A program made the translations under genes and the position numbers. Positions 29,106 to 39,164 of a DNA stretch of 64,000 bases are shown in pieces (the first letter of the stretch is position 1; every line of letters starts with the position of its first letter). Location of the stretch: contig CBDBZU010000004.1 in the NCBI GenBank assembly GCA_965213625.1, forward strand, positions 4,070,369 to 4,134,368, written 5' to 3'. Source of the stretch: a bacterium (GTDB lineage Bacteria; UBA8248). Below the pieces are notes generated by a model. It did not search any database. It was given only the letters and a program-made list of their open reading frames with translations, and was not told where the DNA came from.

Positions 29106-31382
29106 ATGGCTCAGGCTGAACCGCTTATCCGTTCCATTCCGCTCGACCGGCTGGAACTCGCGCCGGAGAACGTCCGCAAGACCCCGGCCGACCCCGCCTT
29201 CTTCGCGGAGCTCAAAGCCTCCATCGCGGCCCACGGCTTACTGGAGAACCTGATCGTCAGGACAGAGGACCCCGGATCAGGTCCGGGGCAGGCTTCAGGC
29301 GAACGCTGCGCCGTGGTCGCCGGCGGACGCCGCTTGGCAGCCATGCAAGCGCTCGCAGAAGAAGGAGTGCTGGACGCGGACCACCCCGTGCCCTGCCGGG
29401 TGACCGGGGCCGTGGAGAACGCAGGAGAACTATCCCTCGCCGAGAACGTGGTGCGTGTCGCCATGCACCCTGCCGACCAGGTCGTCGCGTTCGGGAAGCT
29501 CAGTAGTTCGGGGGTCTCCGTATCCGCCATCGCGGCGCGCTTCGGCATGACGGAACGCCTGATCGAGCAGCGCCTGAGTCTCGGCGGCGCGGCACCCGAA
29601 CTGCTCGACGCCTACCGGGCAGGGGAGATGGACCTCGACACCCTGAAAGCCTTCACGGTCACGACCGACCACGCCCGCCAGATGGCGGTCTGGGAGGGGG
29701 TGAAAGCCCAGGGCTACCGCCCGAGCGGCTGGCAGGTGAGGGGCAAGCTGACGGAGGAAAGCGTGTCCGCCGTCTCCGCCGTGGCGCGTTTCGTGGGGGA
29801 GGAAGCCTACGAGGCAGCTGGCGGGACGCTCACGCGGGACCTGTTCGCGGAAGAAGACGCCCGGGGAATATGGTTCAACGACCCCGTGCTCCTGAATGAA
29901 CTCGCGACAGAAAAACTCCGTGTGGTGGCGGAGGGACTCAAGTCGCGCTGGAAGTGGGCCGAGGCGGTGCTCGAGGCCGACTGGAGCGCGATCTCGGGCT
30001 TCGGACGGATCCACCCCGAGCCGGGTGCTCCCACCGAGGAGGAGCGGGCCGAACGGGAGAGGCTGTGGGCTCGACACCATGAACTCGTCGAAATGGACGA
30101 GGAGGATTGGACGGACGAACTCGGCCAGGAGGCCGAAGCGATCGGGGGTCGCGTTCGCGCGATCGATGAAGCCGTTGAGGCGCGGGCCGCGTTCCGGCCG
30201 GGGGACTACGAGTTGGCGGGCTGCATCGCCACGGTCGGCTATGACGGCGAGCTTAAGATAATCGAAGGCCTGGTTAAGCCTGAGGACATGCCCGAGCGCA
30301 CGGACGCGGGAGAGGCGAACGGCGCCGACCCGGGCCGGGTGGACGCGCCGCTCGCGGCGCCCCCCGACCCGCGCGTTCAGGCGCGCAAGGAGACCGGGAT
30401 AGGGGTCGGACTCGCCGATGATTTGCGCGCCGTCCGAACGTCGCTCGTCAAGGCGCACTTGTCGGGGGACTTTGAGGCGGCCTTCGACCTGACGCTCTTC
30501 CAGTTCGCCCGTGCCGCCTTCTCGGACGGTTACCGGACCGAAGCCCTGGATATCGTTTTCAAAGAGACATCCGACCGGCCGCCGTCGCGGGCAAACGACG
30601 AGGATTTCGCCGCCTGGAGCCCTGGCGAGGCCATGCTCGCAGATCGCTCGGGCCTCTCACTCGACTGGATGGAGGATGAGGACGAAGACGCCGCCTTCGC
30701 GGCGATGCGGGCGCTGCCCGAAGTGGAGAAAAAGGCCCTGTACGCGGCGGCGGTCGCGCGCTCGCTCAAGGGACAGCTCGCCTTCGAGCCGGACGCCCGG
30801 CCCGAATTCGAGGCCACGGTCGCCAGGCTCGATATCGACTTCGCGAAACATGTGCGGCCCGGCGCCGCGATGTTCTGGTCGCGCATCACGAAGGCCCGCA
30901 TCCTCGCCATCGCGCGCGCGACCCTGGGTCCCGTCTGGGCCTCCGCCCGCGCGAAGTACAAGAAGGCGGACCTCGCCCGCGCGATGGAGGAGGCCTTCGC
31001 CGCCGACCCGCCCGAAGGACTGAAAGAAAGGGCGCACACCGCCGCACTTGCTTGGACGCCGCCCGGGTTCGCGCCCTTCGACTCAGGCCGGGTGGAGGAG
31101 GCCGTGGAAGAAGACCCACCAGCCGGAGAAACCGGACCAGAGACCGTCGATGAAGAGGCCTCCGGAGCAAACGAAGGCAATGCTCCCACCGGCGCGGAAT
31201 CCGGCCCCTCCGCAGACGATACCGCCGGAGGCGACGCCCCGGCGGGCGGGGACATCGCCCAGGCGATCGACGCGATGAACGCGGTCCCCACCGTGGACGG
31301 GAGCCCGAGGGTGATCGTGCAGGGATTCGACGCCGTGAACGGCAAAGGGACCGATATCCCGGAGTTCCTGCGCGGGGACTGA
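29106..31382 (+). CDS. ParB/RepB/Spo0J-family protein of the conjugative leading region
   Basis: NVRKT, ASIAAHGLLENLIV, VVAGGRRLAAM, SLAENVVRVAMHPAD. Confidence 0.88.
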   Translation: MAQAEPLIRSIPLDRLELAPENVRKTPADPAFFAELKASIAAHGLLENLIVRTEDPGSGPGQASGERCAVVAGGRRLAAMQALAEEGVLDADHPVPCRVTGAVENAGELSLAENVVRVAMHPADQVVAFGKLSSSGVSVSAIAARFGMTERLIEQRLSLGGAAPELLDAYRAGEMDLDTLKAFTVTTDHARQMAVWEGVKAQGYRPSGWQVRGKLTEESVSAVSAVARFVGEEAYEAAGGTLTRDLFAEEDARGIWFNDPVLLNELATEKLRVVAEGLKSRWKWAEAVLEADWSAISGFGRIHPEPGAPTEEERAERERLWARHHELVEMDEEDWTDELGQEAEAIGGRVRAIDEAVEARAAFRPGDYELAGCIATVGYDGELKIIEGLVKPEDMPERTDAGEANGADPGRVDAPLAAPPDPRVQARKETGIGVGLADDLRAVRTSLVKAHLSGDFEAAFDLTLFQFARAAFSDGYRTEALDIVFKETSDRPPSRANDEDFAAWSPGEAMLADRSGLSLDWMEDEDEDAAFAAMRALPEVEKKALYAAAVARSLKGQLAFEPDARPEFEATVARLDIDFAKHVRPGAAMFWSRITKARILAIARATLGPVWASARAKYKKADLARAMEEAFAADPPEGLKERAHTAALAWTPPGFAPFDSGRVEEAVEEDPPAGETGPETVDEEASGANEGNAPTGAESGPSADDTAGGDAPAGGDIAQAIDAMNAVPTVDGSPRVIVQGFDAVNGKGTDIPEFLRGD

Positions 31383-31403
31383 CCCGCAAACACGTCCAGA
31401 ACG

Positions 31404-31440
31404 GCGCCCCGCGGCATTTGCTGCGGGGCGCTTTTTCGTT
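31404..31440 (+). terminator. Intrinsic terminator
   Basis: GCGCCCCGCGGCA-TT-TGCTGCGGGGCGC followed by TTTTT. Confidence 0.75.
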
Positions 31441-31464
31441 TTCACAACCGATGGAGTCCAGGAC

Positions 31465-33174
31465 ATGAACGATACACCGAATGTTTCGCCGCACCCCGAG
31501 CGGATCCGCGCCCGTATCCACGAAGGCGCTTTGAGTCGCGTCACGAGGATGTACGCCGCCGGTCTCGCAGATGTCTTCACCGAGGCGCTCCAGAACAGCC
31601 GCCGGGCGGGAGCGACGCGCCTCCACGTCACCATCGAGGAGGCGGCAGGCGCGCAGGCCATCACCATAACCGACGACGGGGCCGGGATCGCCGACCCCGC
31701 CGTGTTGCTCTCCTTCGGCGAGAACGGCTGGAGCGAAGAACTGGTGAGACGCGAGGACGCGGCGGGGATGGGAGCCTTAAGCCTGGCAAGCCGCGGCTGC
31801 ACGGTCACATCGAGGGCGTGCCCGGGCGCCGGCTGGCGCGTCGAACTCACGCCCGCCCACTTCCTGGGAGAGGCGGAGGCGATAGTCGTCCCCGACGAGG
31901 AGGCGCCCCGGCCCCACGGGACGGCGGTGCGCTTCCGTACGGAAGAGAATCGAGAGGTCATCCGGCGCACGCTCGAGAACGCGGCCCGGCACTACCCCCT
32001 CCCGGTCGCGCTTGACGGCGAGGCCCTCCCGCGCCGGGATTTTCTCGAAAACGCCGTCCACACCGAGTCCTGGCGAGGCCTCGCCTTCGGCGTCTTCGCG
32101 GACAGAAGCCGCTACCGCGACGAACCGGACCTGAACTTCCACGGCCTGGTCCTGCCTGTGCGCCTGCCCACCGTCCATCCCGTCGACGGTCCGGCCTGGT
32201 CGGTACGCGCCGAAGTCCGGGACTGTCCCGGACTCGAACTCGTCCTGCCCGCGCGCAAGGAGGCGGTCGAGACGCCCTTCCTGGAGGAGATGCGCGAAGC
32301 GGCGCGTACCGCGATCTACCAGGCGATGGCCAGGGCCGAGACCGCGCCGGTCATCGGGTTCGGGGAGTGGAAGCGCGCGCGTGCGGCAGGCGTCGAACTG
32401 CCGGCGCCGTCACCTGCGCTGCGCCCCTGGCGGCCTCCTATCGCCGATATCGACAACTGGCTCGCGGGACCGTCTCCCGAACCCCTGCCTGCCGACGCGC
32501 TCGTTATGGATACGGAACACGAACCCCCCGAAGCGCAGACGCTCTGGCGCGCCGCCGAGCGCGGCGGAACGGCGCCGCGGCTCTTCGAGGCCGACCGGAG
32601 GTTCGAGGGATACCCCTGGTACGACGCGCTCCCACGCATAAAGGACGTCAGTACCGATGTCGCGGCAGGCGGCGAAGCCCGTCCGCTCGAAGATTTTCAG
32701 GCCCCGCCCGAGCGGTCAGGACCGTCCAATAAGCCTTTCCCGAGGCCGGACGCGATCCGCATGAGCCTGGGCGTCGAGGGCCCGGAGGGTACGAGCGAGA
32801 CCATCGCGCTCGACGCCGACCTCGCCTTCGCGGGCGAGGCATGGGCCTGGCTCGCGGACGTGGAGCCGCTCGTTACGGCGGGCAGCGCCATCGAACCGGC
32901 CGACCTCGCCGAGGTCCTGCGCGACGCCTGGTTTTCGCCATCGGACGAGGCGGACGCCGACAGCTGGGAGACGCAGCGCGCCCGCTTCGAGGAGGAAGCC
33001 CTGCACCTGGCCATCGGTCTCCTGTGCTCGGAAGAGGAGGCGCTCAGGCGCACGATCGCCTGTGCGGTGCGGCGCGAACTGTTCTGGCTCATCCCCAGGG
33101 ACCGCGCGGTCACCATCACCGTGCGAGGCGGCGCAGTCGGCGTCGACCTGGCCGAAGAGGAGGTATCTCCATGA
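31465..33174 (+). CDS. GHKL (HATPase_c/Hsp90-like) ATP-binding protein
   Basis: EALQNSRRAGA (N box), ITDDGAGI (G1), AAGMG (G2), HGTAVRF. Confidence 0.75.
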   Translation: MNDTPNVSPHPERIRARIHEGALSRVTRMYAAGLADVFTEALQNSRRAGATRLHVTIEEAAGAQAITITDDGAGIADPAVLLSFGENGWSEELVRREDAAGMGALSLASRGCTVTSRACPGAGWRVELTPAHFLGEAEAIVVPDEEAPRPHGTAVRFRTEENREVIRRTLENAARHYPLPVALDGEALPRRDFLENAVHTESWRGLAFGVFADRSRYRDEPDLNFHGLVLPVRLPTVHPVDGPAWSVRAEVRDCPGLELVLPARKEAVETPFLEEMREAARTAIYQAMARAETAPVIGFGEWKRARAAGVELPAPSPALRPWRPPIADIDNWLAGPSPEPLPADALVMDTEHEPPEAQTLWRAAERGGTAPRLFEADRRFEGYPWYDALPRIKDVSTDVAAGGEARPLEDFQAPPERSGPSNKPFPRPDAIRMSLGVEGPEGTSETIALDADLAFAGEAWAWLADVEPLVTAGSAIEPADLAEVLRDAWFSPSDEADADSWETQRARFEEEALHLAIGLLCSEEEALRRTIACAVRRELFWLIPRDRAVTITVRGGAVGVDLAEEEVSP

Positions 33175-33311
33175 AAAAGCCCTGGACCGTCCGGTGCGGA
33201 TACGCGGCCCGCTTCACAGATACGCTCACCGTGGAGGCGGAGACGCTCGAGGAGGCACTGGAGAAGGCCGTCGAGAGCGCCGATGCAGATCGGTGCCCGA
33301 CGTCACCGTAA
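33171..33311 (+). CDS. Small hypothetical protein, possibly truncated
   Basis: GAGGAGG RBS; ATGA coupling; TVEAETLEEALEKA. Confidence 0.4.
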   Translation: MKKPWTVRCGYAARFTDTLTVEAETLEEALEKAVESADADRCPTSP

Positions 33312-33403
33312 CCGGGGGACGTGCGCGGGTCCGGGTTCTCGGCTTCTGAGCACAGCACGGACCCCTCGTTCCACACACGTCTTTCACTTAAAGGAGAACG
33401 CCG

Positions 33404-33787
33404 ATGGAACTCATCACACCGGATCAGCGCGAAACGCTGCTCGCAAACGGCGCACGTCGCGGCGCCGACCACGTCCCCGTGGTCAAGCTGTTCAACCCCT
33501 GCGGCGCAGGGACCTGGCTCTTGAGCGAACTCGACCCCGAGGATGGGTCCATAGCCTTCGGCCTCGCCGATCTCGGCTTCGGCACACCGGAGATCGGGAG
33601 CTTCTCTCTCCGTGAGCTCGAAGCCTTCCAGGGGCCGTTCGGCTTAGGAGTCGAGCGCGACCTGTATTTCGAAGGAAAGTTCACCCTCGCCGTCTACGCC
33701 GAGGCCGCCCGCAATGCGGGCCGCATCGTCGAATACGGCCCCGAACTCGACGCCGCCGGGCGCAGGAGCGCAGCCGCCTGCGGCTGA
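33404..33787 (+). CDS. DUF2958 protein
   Basis: LLANG..DHVPVVKLFNPCGAGTWLLSELDP..FGLADLGFG.PEIG..VERDLYF. Confidence 0.85.
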   Translation: MELITPDQRETLLANGARRGADHVPVVKLFNPCGAGTWLLSELDPEDGSIAFGLADLGFGTPEIGSFSLRELEAFQGPFGLGVERDLYFEGKFTLAVYAEAARNAGRIVEYGPELDAAGRRSAAACG

Positions 33788-33822
33788 GCGAGCCGTTTCC
33801 CATACACATTCTGGAGAAAGCC

Positions 33823-34140
33823 ATGCCCGACACCGAATCCCGGACTGCGGCCACACACCCCATGGACCCGAGACGCGGGGAGAACCTCTCGCCGATGTTT
33901 CAGGCCTTTCTCTGCTGGCTGCTGGAGCTGCCGCCCATGACGGAGCCCGCCATCACGGGCGTCGCCCTCGCGGGGGACAGCGTCCTCGCCGCCACCGACG
34001 CCGATCCGCTGTTCAACGCGCACCTCGGGAGCCTCAGGGACTTCGAGCGCAACCTCAGAGGCTGGGGCGAGGCGTGCGGCGCCGACTCCGCCACGATCGA
34101 GAGCCTCGTCACGAAGCTCCGGGGCGCCGGCCCGACTTAA
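33823..34140 (+). CDS. Hypothetical protein
   Basis: GGAGA RBS; co-oriented within the leading region. Confidence 0.55.
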   Translation: MPDTESRTAATHPMDPRRGENLSPMFQAFLCWLLELPPMTEPAITGVALAGDSVLAATDADPLFNAHLGSLRDFERNLRGWGEACGADSATIESLVTKLRGAGPT

Positions 34141-34267
34141 GACGACACGTTTTCGGACCGCGCCGGGTAGAGGCCGAGTCCGGCCCGGCCGGGGCGTTCC
34201 GGGAGGTCCCGGGGGAGCGATCCCCCGGACGGCCTCCCTCATTCCCACGACAACCGAGGAGAGAGCC

Positions 34268-37200
34268 ATGCCGCAAGCCCTGACGGCGGAGGTGCGTCCG
34301 CGTGCCGCCCGCTCCACAAAGCCCGCCGAAGCCGATGCGCTCCTGGAAGCCGCCCGGACCCTGCTGCCCGTCCTGGCGGCGGGACGCCCACTCGATGCGA
34401 ACGCGCTGCGCGACGCCATGACGGGCGCACACGGCGGAAGTGACGCCGGGGGCGCCTGGGTCTGGAAGGACGCCTACGAAGCGGCGGAAGCCGCCGTCGT
34501 GCTCTTCTTACAGCGCTACGGCCGGGCCATGCGCCGCCGCGCGGGGGCCGGAGCGGAGGGTCCCGCCGCCATGCTGGCCATGCTCGAAAGAATCGCCGCC
34601 CTCGAACCTTCCCACACCAAGCGCTCCGAAGAACAGGTGCGCCTGCAGCAGTTCTCGACCCCGCTCAACCTGGCCTACGCCGCCGCCCGCGCCGCCGCTA
34701 TCCGCCCCGGTGACGTCGTCCTGGAACCATCCGCCGGGACCGGGATGCTGGCCGTGATGGCGCAGTGCGCGCTCGGGGGGGAAGGCGCGCTCCACCTGAA
34801 CGAGATAGCGAGCGTCCGGGCCGGCCTCCTTGCTCTCCTGTTCCCGAATGCGGGCGTCACCCGCCATGACGCGGAGGCCGTCGCCGACCGCCTCCCCGGG
34901 GTTCGGCCGGACGTCGTCCTCATGAACCCGCCGTTCTCGGCGACGCCGGGCATCGCCCGGGTGCGTCATGACGCGGACCTCCGCCACATTCGCTCGGCTT
35001 TTTGCGCGCTGAGACCATGCGGGCGGCTGGTCGCCGTCACGTCGGCGGGCTGCGTCCCGGGCGATGCGGCCTGGAAAGCCTCCTTCTCCTCCATCGAGGC
35101 GCCCGCTCGCGTCGTCTTCACGACGGCGATCGACGGACGCGCCTACGCGAGGCGCGGGACCACGTTCGACACGCGCCTCACCGTGATCGAAAAGAGCGAA
35201 GAACCCGGCGTCGCCGTCGACCCGGAAAACCGCGCGTCGGAAGCCGCCGAACTGCTCGATGCGGTCACGGCGGATGTCCCGCCGCGCATGGCGCCCGAAC
35301 CCGCCGCTGATCTCTTTGGAAACACGACCTCGCCGCGGCCCGCGAGGCAGGAGAGGAAACGCAAGCGAGACGCGCGGCCGACGTCCAAAGCGACCCACGA
35401 CCAGGGAGCGGTCACCGAACTCGCATACGAGACGGCCCCGCCGTGCGGTGAGGACGAGACGGCAGGCCCCTACGCGCCCTGGAAGCCGGGCGTCGTCCAC
35501 CTCCCGGGCGCTGTGGCGCATCCCACGCCCCTCGTCCAGTCCGCCGCCATGGCCGCCGTCGCACACCCAAAGCCCTCGCACCGCCCGCTGCTGCCCGAGC
35601 GCGTCGTGGCCGAAGGCTTGCTCTCGGACGCCCAGCTCGAGAGCGTCGTCCTGGCCGGCGAAGCCCACAAGAACCACCTCTCGGCCCGCTACCGGGTCGG
35701 CGCCGGGTGGGAGACGGTCCGTCGATATGAGGAGGAAGGCGGACCCACGGTCGCCGAAGCCGTAACGGAGGACGGCGAAGTCCTCTCGGCGTCGGTACGG
35801 TTCCGCCGGGGCTGGATGCTGGGCGACGGCACCGGGTGCGGCAAGGGCCGCCAGGTGGCGGCTGTCATACTCGACAACATGCTCCGGGGGAGAAAGAAGG
35901 CGCTATGGCTCTCGGCCTCCGCCAACCTGCTCGAAGACGCGCGCAGGGACTGGGCCGCCCTCGGAGGACTCTTCGATGACGTGATCCCGCTGGGCAACTT
36001 CCGCCAGGGGGCCGACATCCCGCAAGAGAGCGGGGTCCTGTTCGCGACCTACGCCACGCTCAGGGCGCCGGCACGCGAGGGCAAGGCGTCGCGGATCGAG
36101 CAGGTGGTCGCCTGGCTCGCGGGGAGCCTCGAGGAGGAAGACCTCCACGGGTACGAGGGCGTGATCGTGTTCGACGAGTCCCACGCCATGGCGGGCGCCG
36201 CGGGTTCCAGGGGCTCGCGCGGCGCCGTCAAACCCTCCGCCCAGGGACGGGCGGGGCTCAGGCTCCAGAACGCGCTCCCGGGCGCGCGGGTGCTCTACGT
36301 CTCGGCCACGGGCGCCACGACCGTGACCGGCCTGGCCTACGCGGGTCGCCTCGGCCTCTGGGGCGCAGGCGAGACGCCCTTCGAGAACCGGGAGGAATTC
36401 GTGTCGGCGATGGAGGCGGGCGGCGTCGCCGCCATGGAAGTCGTCGCCCGCGATCTCAAGGCCTTAGGGCTGTACCAGGCGCGGGCCCTCTCGTATGAGG
36501 GGATCGAGGTCGACATCCTCGAACACCCGCTCACGCCCGAGCAGCGGCGCATCTACGACGCCTACGCCGGCGCCTTCAAGGTCATCCACGCCAACCTGCA
36601 GGACGCGCTCGAGGCCACGGGTATCATGCAGGGAGAGGAGACGCTGAACAAAAACGCGAAGTCCGCCGCGCTATCCGCCTTCGAGGGCGCGAAGCAGCGG
36701 TTTTTCGGCCACCTCTTGACCTCCATGAAGTGTCCCTCGCTCATCCGGGCCGTGGAGGCGGACTTGGGCGCCGGCCGCTCGGCCGTTATCCAGCTCGTCT
36801 CCACGGGCGAGGCCCTGATGGAGCGAAGGATCGCGGAGATCCCGGCCTCTGAATGGGACGATTTATCGATCGACCTGACGCCCCGGGAATACGTGCTCGA
36901 CTTCCTTAGCGCAGCCTTCCCGGTGCAGCTGCAGGAACCCTTCACCGACGATGAGGGGAACCTCATGAGCCGCCCCGCCGTAGACGAGGATGGGAACCCC
37001 GTACTCTCCCAGGAGGCCCTGGCAAAGCGAGATGCGCTCATTGCGAAGCTGGCATCCTTGCCGCCGGTGCCCGCGGCGCTGGACCAGATCGTGCACCGCT
37101 TCGGCCACGACGCCGTGGCCGAGGTGACGGGCCGCTCACGGCGCGTGCTCAGGGCCCAAGACGCGCAGGGCGAGCGGCTCACCTTGCGGGCGCGCCCGGC

Positions 37201-38683
37201 TTCCGCTTCCCTCGCCGAGACGGCGGCCTTCATGGACGGTGATAAGCGCATCCTGGTCTTCTCGATGGCGGGCGGCACGGGGCGGAGCTACCACGCCGAC
37301 CTCTCCGCCGCCAACACGCAGCGGAGGGTCCACTACCTGCTCGAACCCGGCTGGCGGGCGGACCAGGCGATACAGGGACTGGGCCGCACCCACAGGACGC
37401 ACCAGGCCTCGGCGCCCCTGTTCCGGCCCGTGACCACCGACGTGAAGGGCGAGAAGCGCTTCATCGCCACCATCGCGCGGCGGCTCGACTCCCTGGGCGC
37501 CATCACGCGCGGACAGCGCAATTCCCAGGCCGCCATGGCCGGGAGCGAGGCGACGCTCTTCCGCGCCGGCGACAACCTCGAAAGCCCCTACGCCCGGGCG
37601 GCGCTGCGCCAGTTCTACGGCGCCCTGTGGCGGGGCGGACTGCCCGGATGGTCCCTCGATCGCTTCGAGGAGGCGACGGGCTTAAAGCTCACCTACGAGG
37701 GATCGCTCAAGGAAGACCTCCCGCCCATGCCGAGGTTCCTGAACCGCCTGCTCGCGCTTCCCATAGCGGAGCAGAACGCGCTGTTCGCGGAACTCGAAAC
37801 CCGCGTCGAGTCCAACATCGAGGCGGCCGTCGAGGCGGGGACGTACGAAGTCGGCGTCGAGACCCTGCAAGCGGACTCGCTTACCGCCGCAGGCCGCGAG
37901 ACCCTCTACACCCACCCCGGGACGGGGGCGGAAACAGGTCTCGTCGAGATCCTCCGCTGCGACAGGCTCGTACCGACGACGGCCGACGCTGCGCTCGATG
38001 CAGCCGGGAAGGCCGGGGAGCCTGCGCTCCTCATCAACGCCCGATCGAAACGGGCCGCCGTCCTCCTGCCCGCGCCCTCGATGCTGTTCGACGACGGGGG
38101 CGTGCAGGAACGCGCAAGGCTTCTCAGGCCCGCCGCGCGGGAGGGAATGTCGAGGGCTGAACTCGATGCCTCGAACTGGCGCGAGGCGGAGGAGACCGAA
38201 TGGCGCTCCCTCTGGGAGGCCGAGGTAGACTCGCTGCCCTCACACCGGGAATCGCGCTTCTGGCTCGTGACGGGGCTCCTCCTGCCGGTCTGGGACCGGC
38301 TGGGGGCCGAGAACATGCGGGTGCGGCGCCTCGCCACCGATGCGGGAGAGGCGATGATCGGACGCGCCCTCGACGCAACCGGGATTCGGGCCGTGCGCGC
38401 CGCCTTCGGACTGGGCGGCGGTCCGTCTCTCAATCCCGATGAGGCCTTCGACGCCGTCATGGGACGCAGCGAGGTGCTGACTCTCGCGAACGGCTGGCGC
38501 CTCGCGCGCCGCCGGATCATGGGGGCGCAGCGCCTGGAGATCGAAGGCCCCGACGACCGACACCTCACAGCCCTCAAGCGCGCGGGCTGTACGGTCGAGA
38601 TCGTCTCCTGGAGAGCGCGGGTCTTTGCGCCCGACGCAGACGTCCTCGGCCGCGTCCTCGAAGACCGGCCCCTCGCCGACTGA
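34268..38683 (+). CDS. N6-adenine methyltransferase fused to a strawberry-notch-family helicase
   Basis: QQFSTP, VLEPSAGTG, MNPPF; LGDGTGCGKGRQ, FDESH, YVSATGA, QGLGRTHRTHQ. Confidence 0.9.
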   Translation: MPQALTAEVRPRAARSTKPAEADALLEAARTLLPVLAAGRPLDANALRDAMTGAHGGSDAGGAWVWKDAYEAAEAAVVLFLQRYGRAMRRRAGAGAEGPAAMLAMLERIAALEPSHTKRSEEQVRLQQFSTPLNLAYAAARAAAIRPGDVVLEPSAGTGMLAVMAQCALGGEGALHLNEIASVRAGLLALLFPNAGVTRHDAEAVADRLPGVRPDVVLMNPPFSATPGIARVRHDADLRHIRSAFCALRPCGRLVAVTSAGCVPGDAAWKASFSSIEAPARVVFTTAIDGRAYARRGTTFDTRLTVIEKSEEPGVAVDPENRASEAAELLDAVTADVPPRMAPEPAADLFGNTTSPRPARQERKRKRDARPTSKATHDQGAVTELAYETAPPCGEDETAGPYAPWKPGVVHLPGAVAHPTPLVQSAAMAAVAHPKPSHRPLLPERVVAEGLLSDAQLESVVLAGEAHKNHLSARYRVGAGWETVRRYEEEGGPTVAEAVTEDGEVLSASVRFRRGWMLGDGTGCGKGRQVAAVILDNMLRGRKKALWLSASANLLEDARRDWAALGGLFDDVIPLGNFRQGADIPQESGVLFATYATLRAPAREGKASRIEQVVAWLAGSLEEEDLHGYEGVIVFDESHAMAGAAGSRGSRGAVKPSAQGRAGLRLQNALPGARVLYVSATGATTVTGLAYAGRLGLWGAGETPFENREEFVSAMEAGGVAAMEVVARDLKALGLYQARALSYEGIEVDILEHPLTPEQRRIYDAYAGAFKVIHANLQDALEATGIMQGEETLNKNAKSAALSAFEGAKQRFFGHLLTSMKCPSLIRAVEADLGAGRSAVIQLVSTGEALMERRIAEIPASEWDDLSIDLTPREYVLDFLSAAFPVQLQEPFTDDEGNLMSRPAVDEDGNPVLSQEALAKRDALIAKLASLPPVPAALDQIVHRFGHDAVAEVTGRSRRVLRAQDAQGERLTLRARPASASLAETAAFMDGDKRILVFSMAGGTGRSYHADLSAANTQRRVHYLLEPGWRADQAIQGLGRTHRTHQASAPLFRPVTTDVKGEKRFIATIARRLDSLGAITRGQRNSQAAMAGSEATLFRAGDNLESPYARAALRQFYGALWRGGLPGWSLDRFEEATGLKLTYEGSLKEDLPPMPRFLNRLLALPIAEQNALFAELETRVESNIEAAVEAGTYEVGVETLQADSLTAAGRETLYTHPGTGAETGLVEILRCDRLVPTTADAALDAAGKAGEPALLINARSKRAAVLLPAPSMLFDDGGVQERARLLRPAAREGMSRAELDASNWREAEETEWRSLWEAEVDSLPSHRESRFWLVTGLLLPVWDRLGAENMRVRRLATDAGEAMIGRALDATGIRAVRAAFGLGGGPSLNPDEAFDAVMGRSEVLTLANGWRLARRRIMGAQRLEIEGPDDRHLTALKRAGCTVEIVSWRARVFAPDADVLGRVLEDRPLAD

Positions 38684-38811
38684 ACCCGCGCGTGCGGCCG
38701 GCCCCATACGTATGGCCAGGGGGGCGCCGTCCGTATCCGTATCGCCGTCCACCCGGCGTCAATCGCCGGGGGCGGCCTCTGATTCCGACATCATCCAAGG
38801 GAGTCCGTTCC

Positions 38812-39072
38812 ATGACCTCACACACACTGCCGAAAGACCTCGACTTCGCCTTCTGCCCGGCCTACGGTCCGGCCGACGCGCCGCAGGAGATACGGCTCGT
38901 CATCGACGGGATGAGCGGGAGCATCCCCACCAGCCTCATCGCCCTGACCCTGGAAGACGCCGAAAACTTCTGCGATCGCCTAAACGCCCGCCTCGGGATG
39001 GACCGGGAGGCCTGGTCCACCCTGGCCGCGCGAACAATGGGCCCGGCGCAGGACGGCGAAGTCGCCGGTTGA
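38812..39072 (+). CDS. Hypothetical protein
   Basis: AAGGGAG RBS; co-oriented. Confidence 0.5.
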   Translation: MTSHTLPKDLDFAFCPAYGPADAPQEIRLVIDGMSGSIPTSLIALTLEDAENFCDRLNARLGMDREAWSTLAARTMGPAQDGEVAG

Positions 39073-39164
39073 GCCGCCCTCATTGCAATGCAGCCGGCCC
39101 GGTGATGCCGGAGGACGCTCACGCGCCGGCTCTTTTTTTGCTCATACTCCAGAGGAGGTCCGTC

